Part shown: piece after piece, positions 57,742 through 64,000 of the stretch
How positions within the stretch are numbered: position 1 is the stretch's first letter
Layout of the letters: each line of letters opens with the position of its first letter
Source of the DNA: a virus
Strand: one strand, 5' to 3'
Length of the DNA: 64,000 nt
IMG/VR virus record: IMGVR_UViG_3300006793_000013
The notes under the pieces: generated by a model
Told to the model about the DNA's origin: nothing
What the model saw: only the letters and a program-made list of their open reading frames with translations
Database searches by the model: none
Program-made: the position numbers and the translations under genes

Positions 57742-58122
57742 TTACCATTTCCTACATGACCAGTAACGTGCTTTAGTACGTGGTCCTGGGTTTGAACAAT
57801 TGTGTCTAGCACGGAAACTTTTACGTCTCTTTGGGTTAGACTTTTTAATACGCATATTAGGATCACCAAAGTTTACTTTTTTAATATTTTTAGTTTTGGG
57901 ATCTCTTACATATACTTTGAATTTCTTAACATCGCCACGCATTGGTTTACCTAGCGATACTTTACGTCCTTGGTATTCTGCTTCTTCAACGGGAACATCT
58001 TCGTGCCATGGCAAATAGCCATAGTATTCAAAGAATTCTTCACCATTAAATGTTTGTTCTTCGAGATCACTGATCTCTGTTACTGTTTCAATTGACTCTA
58101 GTTTTTTCAATAGATCGCGCAT
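57742..58122 (-). CDS. Basic Cys/Trp-containing hypothetical protein
   Basis: EEAEYQGRKV..KFKVYV..KVNFGD..RKSFRARHNC..ARYWSCRKW; SD GAGG. Confidence 0.7.
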   Translation of the reverse strand: MRDLLKKLESIETVTEISDLEEQTFNGEEFFEYYGYLPWHEDVPVEEAEYQGRKVSLGKPMRGDVKKFKVYVRDPKTKNIKKVNFGDPNMRIKKSNPKRRKSFRARHNCSNPGPRTKARYWSCRKW

Positions 58123-58150
58123 AGTATCCTCTCTTTACAAGATTATACTG

Positions 58151-58156
58151 TATTTA
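58151..58156 (-). promoter_or_regulatory. Late-promoter-like TAAATA box
   Basis: Intergenic, upstream of 57742..58122. Confidence 0.5.
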
Positions 58157-58172
58157 GCGTTATTAATCAAAC

Positions 58173-58529
58173 TTAGTAGTTATAAAGGACCTGGACTATT
58201 TGCCCGTCTTGAACGTTATGACCTGCTCTTAGCCATATAAACTTGCCTGTAAACGTCTGTGTGCCTATGTAATCTTCTATTCCTTGGCCGTAATAAGTAC
58301 TATCACCACCCCATTCTATTACATCTACCCAGTCATTCTCACCTGGCTCTTCTGCTAGTGTGCCTTGTACTTTAATAGTACCTTGAAAGGCATTGACATA
58401 GTACGCAACTGTATGCACACCGTCATTGTTTTTATGATATCCTGCACCTTTTTTCTTATCACCATATGTATATGCTGAATCAGATACAATTGAAGTTACA
58501 GGACCTAATAGTTGTCTACTCTCGCTCAT
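58173..58529 (-). CDS. Hypothetical beta-rich late protein
   Basis: TAAATA-N5-ATG at 58535-40. Confidence 0.65.
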   Translation of the reverse strand: MSESRQLLGPVTSIVSDSAYTYGDKKKGAGYHKNNDGVHTVAYYVNAFQGTIKVQGTLAEEPGENDWVDVIEWGGDSTYYGQGIEDYIGTQTFTGKFIWLRAGHNVQDGQIVQVLYNY

Positions 58530-58533
58530 ATTA

Positions 58534-59244
58534 CTATTTACCTGTTTTTACATATTTACGTACAGTGCCTATAAGGTCGTTACAGCGCAATCTAAGCATC
58601 AGTAGCGTACTATCGTTATCAACGTATATCCAACGTCTAGTGTTGAATATATCACGTTTAAGAAGCCAGTTATAGGTAGCATCAGTAAATGCAATAGCAG
58701 GTTTTCGTGAACGGCACCAGTCTGCTAAACTTTCAAGCTCTCCGAATGTTAAAGATTTAGGAGTTTTAAGATCTATCTGATAGTTATACATGCTGTGTGG
58801 TAATTCTTTTACAAATATTTCTTGATCACTATAAAGCAAAGTGTCTTCCATACCAGGAGCAGGCTCAAACCTGTTTCTAGTTATATCTGAAAACTCATAA
58901 CAAAGTGTTCCATAAAGTGTTTTGTTATTTGTATACACATCTAATATATCAGTTTCAATTCGAATAGTTACTTCATTCTTTGGTACTGAATTTATAATAC
59001 CTAAAAAAGATATCCATGTTTGACTATGCTTTAATATTGTATGAGCATTTCTTGTACGCCAAGTTGCTTCACTATAATCTGCTCCATCTGACTGTGGAGG
59101 CGGTCGTAAACCGGTCGCAAAGTCCAAGATCTCTTGATGACCGAGTGTACGTAAACTATATGCACCAGGTAACGTTAAACTAACTTTGTAGATATACTTG
59201 TTATAGAACTTCTTTTTAGTTTTCTTTGCTGTCTTAAGCATCAT
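58534..59244 (-). CDS. Hypothetical protein
   Basis: 236 aa ORF overlapping clpA stop. Confidence 0.65.
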   Translation of the reverse strand: MMLKTAKKTKKKFYNKYIYKVSLTLPGAYSLRTLGHQEILDFATGLRPPPQSDGADYSEATWRTRNAHTILKHSQTWISFLGIINSVPKNEVTIRIETDILDVYTNNKTLYGTLCYEFSDITRNRFEPAPGMEDTLLYSDQEIFVKELPHSMYNYQIDLKTPKSLTFGELESLADWCRSRKPAIAFTDATYNWLLKRDIFNTRRWIYVDNDSTLLMLRLRCNDLIGTVRKYVKTGK

Positions 59245-61564
59245 TACTAGCCTGCGCCTTAGCAGCCAGCTTCTGTGCTTTACGTTCTTCTTTAGTCAAA
59301 GGCTTTGGCATAGGAGTAATTGTAAACGCTGGACCGTCTTTATCGATTGATACAGCAACTTTACCCCCGTCAACTAAATCTCCAAACAACACTCTCCTAC
59401 TTAAAGGTGTTTTAATTGTTTTATCAATTAATCTACCTAAAGGCCTTGCACCCATCTTAGGATTGTAACCTTTCTTAGATAACCAATTAACAGTATCTTC
59501 GTCAAGTGTAATTGCAATGTGCTTCTCTTTTAGTTGTGTATTAAGTTCTTTAATAAACTTATGAACAATACTTTTAACTACATCAGTAGATAGTTTAGCA
59601 AACTTAACTGTACCGTCTAATCTATTTCTAAACTCTGGAGCAAAAAACTTTTTAACTGCTTTATCATCTTCCGAGTCTTTCTCGTTATCAGCAAAGCCAA
59701 TTAATTTTGATTCATTATCAGCAGCACCTAAGTTACTTGTCATAATAAGAATAGTGTTACGTCCATCTGCACGTTTACCATTTGATCCTGTAACAAAACC
59801 GTTGTCCATAAACTGTAGCAAAATGTTTGATACATCTTTGTGTGCTTTTTCAATTTCGTCTAACAACAATACAGCATTAGGTGTTTCTTGTAACTTGTTA
59901 ATAAGTTGGCCAGCGTCATCATCAAATCCTACATAACCTGGAGGAGCACCAATTAATCTTGCAACACTGTGTTTTTCTTGATACTCTGACATATCAAAAC
60001 GTATTAGTGACATACCCATTTTCTCTGCAAGTTGTTTTGCTGTTTCTGTTTTACCTGTTCCTGTTGGTCCTAAGAATAAGAAACTACCAATTGGCTTGTC
60101 AGGATCTTTCATTCCACTTTGTGCAACAAAGATCTTATCAAGAATAGATTCAACTGCTTTGTCTTGTCCGAATACTGCTTTCTTCATTGACGCATCAAGT
60201 CCAGCAAGATTGTTACTTTCTTTTTGCGAAATAGTTTCTAGCGGCATACTTACCATTTTAGCAAGTTCGTATGTTACTTGTTCAATGTCAACAATTTGTG
60301 CAACTGTTTCAGTTTCGTCAGTTTCATTTAACTTGTATCTTGCTGAAGCACAATCAATAATATCAATTGCTTTGTCAGGTAACTTTTTATCAGCCATGTA
60401 CTTGACAGATAAGTTTACTGCTTGTTGAATTGCTTCATTTGTAATCTTAACATTATGATGCTGTTCGTAGTACTTACGTAAGCCTTTAATAATTTTTACT
60501 GTAAGATCTGCTGTTGGTTCGTCAATAGTTACACGTTGGAACCTACGCATTAATGCTCTATCTTTTTCAAAAGATTTTCTATACTCTTCCCAAGTAGTAG
60601 AAGCAATAACTTTCATGTTGCCTTTTGTAAGTGCAGGCTTCAGCATATTTGCTAAGTCGTTTGACTGTCCTTGTCCGCCTGAACCAGCACCACTCATCAT
60701 GTGTGCTTCATCAATGAATAAGATAATTTTACCTTTACGCTCAAGGGCCATTAGTACTGCCTTAATACGTTCTTCAAAGTCACCTCTATACTTACTACCA
60801 GCAACTAAAGAACTAATGTCTAAACTAAACACTAAATGATCTTGAATAAACTTAGGTACTTTCTTTTCATGAATCTTACGTGCAAGACCTTCAGCAATAG
60901 CAGTCTTACCAACACCTGGATCACCAACCATTAGTACGTTTGCTTTGTTACGTCTTGCTAATACTAATTCAATTTTTTCAATTTCTTCGTCACGTCCGAT
61001 AACAGGATCAATGACTCTTTGCTTTGCCTTCATAGACAAGTTAGTACAGAATTGATTAATAATTCTATCTAATTGATCTGGGCTTAGATTGATATCTTCT
61101 TCTCCGCCACCTTCAAACATTTCTTCACCAATATGATGTGCTTGGAAATGCTCTACAAATTTCTGTTTATCAATTCCACCTTTTGCTAAGAAGTAAAATG
61201 CAAAAGAGTTTTTCTCGCTCATAACACTAATGATTACGTCAGCAACTTCAATTTGATTACGTCCACTAAACAATACTTGTGTAAAGCATCTATTTAAAAC
61301 ACGTTCAACAGATGCAGTTTTCTTAGGATTTATATTCTTATCCTTAGAAACAATATCACCTAAGTTGTTTTTTAAGTAATGCTCTAGGTTCTTTTTAATA
61401 AAGTCAACATCAGCACCAAATTCTTTAAGACCACCTGCTGTATCTGGGTCAGCAAAAATTGAGTACACCAAATGCTCAATAGTAATATGTGTGTGCGTGT
61501 GGTTCTGCGCAACTACTACAGAGGCATCAAAAATCTTTTGTAATTGTTTACTAGGTTCAATCAT
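59234..61564 (-). CDS. clpA: ClpA-type AAA+ unfoldase
   Basis: N-domain HITIEHL; Walker A GDPGVGKT and GPTGTGKT; FIDEAH, LLDEIEKAH; RFDMSEYQEKHSVARLIGAPPGYVG; MGARPL; no ClpB M-domain. Confidence 0.92.
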   Translation of the reverse strand: MIEPSKQLQKIFDASVVVAQNHTHTHITIEHLVYSIFADPDTAGGLKEFGADVDFIKKNLEHYLKNNLGDIVSKDKNINPKKTASVERVLNRCFTQVLFSGRNQIEVADVIISVMSEKNSFAFYFLAKGGIDKQKFVEHFQAHHIGEEMFEGGGEEDINLSPDQLDRIINQFCTNLSMKAKQRVIDPVIGRDEEIEKIELVLARRNKANVLMVGDPGVGKTAIAEGLARKIHEKKVPKFIQDHLVFSLDISSLVAGSKYRGDFEERIKAVLMALERKGKIILFIDEAHMMSGAGSGGQGQSNDLANMLKPALTKGNMKVIASTTWEEYRKSFEKDRALMRRFQRVTIDEPTADLTVKIIKGLRKYYEQHHNVKITNEAIQQAVNLSVKYMADKKLPDKAIDIIDCASARYKLNETDETETVAQIVDIEQVTYELAKMVSMPLETISQKESNNLAGLDASMKKAVFGQDKAVESILDKIFVAQSGMKDPDKPIGSFLFLGPTGTGKTETAKQLAEKMGMSLIRFDMSEYQEKHSVARLIGAPPGYVGFDDDAGQLINKLQETPNAVLLLDEIEKAHKDVSNILLQFMDNGFVTGSNGKRADGRNTILIMTSNLGAADNESKLIGFADNEKDSEDDKAVKKFFAPEFRNRLDGTVKFAKLSTDVVKSIVHKFIKELNTQLKEKHIAITLDEDTVNWLSKKGYNPKMGARPLGRLIDKTIKTPLSRRVLFGDLVDGGKVAVSIDKDGPAFTITPMPKPLTKEERKAQKLAAKAQASNDA

Positions 61565-62083
61565 TTATTTTTGTCTCTTTTTTAATTTCTTCATAGCTAA
61601 TTGTAACTTCAACCGACTCACTTTGTCAACAAAACAAATGCCATTTAGGTGATCTAATTCATGCTGAAAGCATTTAGCAAGATAACCTTCTACTTTTGCT
61701 TCTTTCGTTTCGCCTTTTGAATTCTGATATTGTGCAACTATCATTTTAGGTCTCTGCAAATGTAACCATAAACCCGGAAAGCTCAAACAGCCTTCTTTAT
61801 CTAAAACATGTTCCTCACTTGCTTCTAAAATGACAGGATTAAAAACACAGAACGGTTCTGGAAAACCTGGTACGTTTTTTGATCCTATAGCAAACACTCT
61901 CTTTTTAATATTTAACTGGTTAGCAGCAAGACCAATGCCGTTGTGATTTAGCATAAAGTTACACATATCAAACTCTAATTTTTCTGGGTCTAGCTCTTCT
62001 TTATCAAAGTCCCATACTTCACTAGATTCATTTAGTGCTTTGTGTAAGCCTAATTTATAATCTAAATCTAATTTATAGTCCAT
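61565..62083 (-). CDS. def: Peptide deformylase
   Basis: GIGLAANQ, EGCLS, QHELDHL. Confidence 0.95.
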   Translation of the reverse strand: MDYKLDLDYKLGLHKALNESSEVWDFDKEELDPEKLEFDMCNFMLNHNGIGLAANQLNIKKRVFAIGSKNVPGFPEPFCVFNPVILEASEEHVLDKEGCLSFPGLWLHLQRPKMIVAQYQNSKGETKEAKVEGYLAKCFQHELDHLNGICFVDKVSRLKLQLAMKKLKKRQK

Positions 62084-62882
62084 GTTTTATTTCCATAATT
62101 TTTTTACGTTGTTCGTCTGTATACTCTCTTGGCATAAGTGCTTTAATTTTTACTAACAAGTTTCCTCTCTTTTTTGTTCTTATATTTGGTAATCCTTCAC
62201 CGTTACAACTTAGTGTAGTATCGGGTGGTGTGCCTGCTGGTACGTTTAATTTAATTTGTCTGCCTGAAAGGGTAGTAACTACTGCGTGTGTGCCTAACAT
62301 CAAATCCCATATAAGAATTTTTTCTTCACATAGTATATTATCACCGTAGCGTTGGAACCTGGGGTGATTGCGAACACGAATATGCACCATTAGGTCTCCT
62401 GCTGGAATGTTTTGGATAGAATTATCTCCCATTCCTGCATACCTTACAGTTTGTCCTTCTTCAACACCTGCTGGAATATCAATATCGATTAGTTTAGTTC
62501 TGCCTGTAGGAAGTTGAACTTCCATAGCAATTTGTTTACCGTTGTAAACATCTTCCATTGTTACATCAAGAGCAAGATCAATTTGTCTATTCTGTGGTCT
62601 GCGTTGACCCATGTTAAAGCCAAAGTTTCTAAATAGATCTTCAAACCCATTGGGATTCATTCCTTCAAAACCGTTAGGGCCAAAGCCCTGTGGTTGAGGA
62701 TTATCGTACTGTTGTCTTTTTACAGGATCTTTTAGAGTTGAATATGCTTCGTTAATTTTCTTAAACTTTTCTTCATCACCACCCCTGTCAGGATGATGTT
62801 GCATACTTGCTTTCTTGTATGCTGATTTAAGTTCCTTTTCCGAAGCATCTCTATTGACGCCTAGTATAGAATAGTAGTCCAT
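62073..62882 (-). CDS. dnaJ: DnaJ/CbpA-type co-chaperone (no Zn finger)
   Basis: J-domain with HPD, G/F linker, C-terminal IDIPAGV..GDL..HPRF. Confidence 0.92.
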   Translation of the reverse strand: MDYYSILGVNRDASEKELKSAYKKASMQHHPDRGGDEEKFKKINEAYSTLKDPVKRQQYDNPQPQGFGPNGFEGMNPNGFEDLFRNFGFNMGQRRPQNRQIDLALDVTMEDVYNGKQIAMEVQLPTGRTKLIDIDIPAGVEEGQTVRYAGMGDNSIQNIPAGDLMVHIRVRNHPRFQRYGDNILCEEKILIWDLMLGTHAVVTTLSGRQIKLNVPAGTPPDTTLSCNGEGLPNIRTKKRGNLLVKIKALMPREYTDEQRKKIMEIKHGL

Positions 62883-62887
62883 ACTAG

Positions 62888-62893
62888 TACTTA
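62888..62893 (-). promoter_or_regulatory. Late-promoter-like TAAGTA variant, N5 to dnaJ ATG
   Basis: TAAGTA ctagt ATG with no SD. Confidence 0.45.
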
Positions 62894-62911
62894 TTTGTAA
62901 TACTTAGTGGG

Positions 62912-63205
62912 CTACTTCTTACTGGTTCCAGCGTATAAGCCAAACCATGCAGCACCAGCACCAACTACAACTGAAACAAGTCCTGACTGTTCCATAGTAG
63001 CAGCCGTTCCTAATCCCATGTACCAATGTACAACTTGATATAGCAAAACAATATACACTGTGATAAACAGTCTTGGAAATATTCTCCAACTGTCTACAGC
63101 TCTTGCAAGATCAATCCAAGTTTGGTATCTATTTTTAGAACTGTCAACAGTAGTTGTATCTACTTCAAGTTCGATATTTACTTTTTTAGTTTGAGTGTCG
63201 CTCAT
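62912..63205 (-). CDS. Two-TM membrane protein, holin-like
   Basis: DSWRIFPRLF, two TM helices, charged ends. Confidence 0.45.
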   Translation of the reverse strand: MSDTQTKKVNIELEVDTTTVDSSKNRYQTWIDLARAVDSWRIFPRLFITVYIVLLYQVVHWYMGLGTAATMEQSGLVSVVVGAGAAWFGLYAGTSKK

Positions 63206-63486
63206 TATCTCTTCCCCTCAAGATGTTTAATACGTTTTTCTAATTCGTCAATCTTTGATGTAATTTTAGGATATTTAACACGCCAGGCGTCCGGGTCATC
63301 CTGTAACCAAGTCCACCCCCAACGTACTGCTAGGTAAGCAAGAAAGTTATCAAACTTTGCAACTGCCCAAGTTGCCATTCTTGTGTCTTTAAACCAAAAC
63401 AAGAATGCTGCTCCAAGTAGAGAACCTGCGATTGCTGTGTAGATCCACAAGCGATCAGTCGCCATTCTTTCTATCATTTCCCACAT
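63205..63486 (-). CDS. Membrane protein with C-terminal coiled coil
   Basis: N-terminal TM segment; SD AGGAG; TAAATA at 63512-17. Confidence 0.55.
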   Translation of the reverse strand: MWEMIERMATDRLWIYTAIAGSLLGAAFLFWFKDTRMATWAVAKFDNFLAYLAVRWGWTWLQDDPDAWRVKYPKITSKIDELEKRIKHLEGKR

Positions 63487-63518
63487 ATTCGCTCCTAGTT
63501 AATTATAGTAGTATTTAT

Positions 63519-63680
63519 TTAAAATGCACAATTAACTTCAGCTTTGGGCTTGACGTTAGGTAGTTGTTTGGTATCTGTTGATTCGATGCTTACATCTACG
63601 CCAGGTTTAAGTTTACAGCGTAGTTGTTGACAGGAGGCAAGCATAACTAGAAATGCTATTATGATCGCCCTTGTTAGCAC
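63519..63680 (-). CDS. Small lipoprotein (53 aa, not in ORF track)
   Basis: GTG start overlapping upstream TAG; MLTRAIIIAFLVMLASCQQLRC..., lipobox LASC. Confidence 0.55.
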   Translation of the reverse strand: MLTRAIIIAFLVMLASCQQLRCKLKPGVDVSIESTDTKQLPNVKPKAEVNCAF

Positions 63681-64000
63681 TATTTTTCTTCAGCAGTTTC
63701 GCTTTCGTAGTACTCTTTATAAGCATCAATGATTTTGTTTTGCTTGATCATGTATGCACGGATTTGTGCATAATTTTTTCTAAAGTTTTCGTAGTCTTCG
63801 TCTGTTAATCCTATGATAACAGGATCAATGTTATTCTTTTCTAAGTCTTTAAATACTTGTTCTGCGTTTTCGCGATTAATTATGATCCAGCGAACTTGTT
63901 CTAGTGCTGCTGGTTCAGGTAAAGGTAAGTTTAATGGTCTGCGTTCAACTTCTGTTTTAAAAACTTCTAACGGCTTAATCGTACTACAACTAGTAAGCAA
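63680..64000 (-). CDS. Lipoprotein, o-spanin-like, 5'-truncated
   Basis: Lipobox LTSC, Pro-rich PLNLPLPEP, C-terminal helix YENFRKNYAQIRAY. Confidence 0.5.
   Translation of the reverse strand: MLTSCSTIKPLEVFKTEVERRPLNLPLPEPAALEQVRWIIINRENAEQVFKDLEKNNIDPVIIGLTDEDYENFRKNYAQIRAYMIKQNKIIDAYKEYYESETAEEK

Noticed and set aside
1538-63337. Numerous antisense or nested ORFs in the track (e.g. 13082..13627, 14676..15221, 46715..47191, 49214..49636, 55717..56118)
   Set aside because: They lie opposite or inside well-supported genes, lack RBS and motifs, and have shadow-ORF composition
1-64000. CRISPR array, tRNA, rRNA, transposase, integrase or reverse transcriptase/DGR
   Set aside because: No repeat-spacer series, cloverleaf or matching protein motifs seen; intergenic gaps are mostly too short. 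A tRNAscan/Infernal run would be decisive
1-64000. Stop-codon reassignment as in some large phages
   Set aside because: Conserved genes are intact under code 11, and TAA, TAG and TGA all end genes with normal coupling

Overview
The window is part of an AT-rich, densely coding, large tailed-phage genome (T4-like or jumbo myovirus style, standard genetic code). Both ends cut through genes. Two convergent arms meet at a terminator near 35.15 kb. The + arm (1-35145) encodes a >3700 aa virion/baseplate protein and four paralogous tail-fibre genes, with a 2OG-Fe(II) oxygenase and a fibre chaperone inserted among them. Two further virion proteins follow, then a 12 kb glycan-enzyme cluster: six glycosyltransferase-like genes, two radical SAM enzymes, an SGNH protein and a UDP-glucose dehydrogenase. 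The - arm encodes lysis-type membrane and lipoproteins, a DnaJ/deformylase/ClpA module, a block of probable capsid-internal proteins, DsbA, family-B DNA polymerase and a clamp. It also has a 7-deazaguanine DNA-modification locus (DpdA/TGT-like, QueD paralog, FolE, QueE, plus a glycosyltransferase, PRTase, HIT and MBD4-like glycosylase) and RNase H. Signals read directly from the DNA include near-consensus sigma70 promoters, recurrent TAAATA late-promoter-like boxes (many at leaderless spacing), RBS-occluding hairpins, a twin-hairpin polB leader, and an A_AAA_AAG slippery site opening a hidden Cys-rich tail. All family calls come from motif recognition by eye; no database searches were run.
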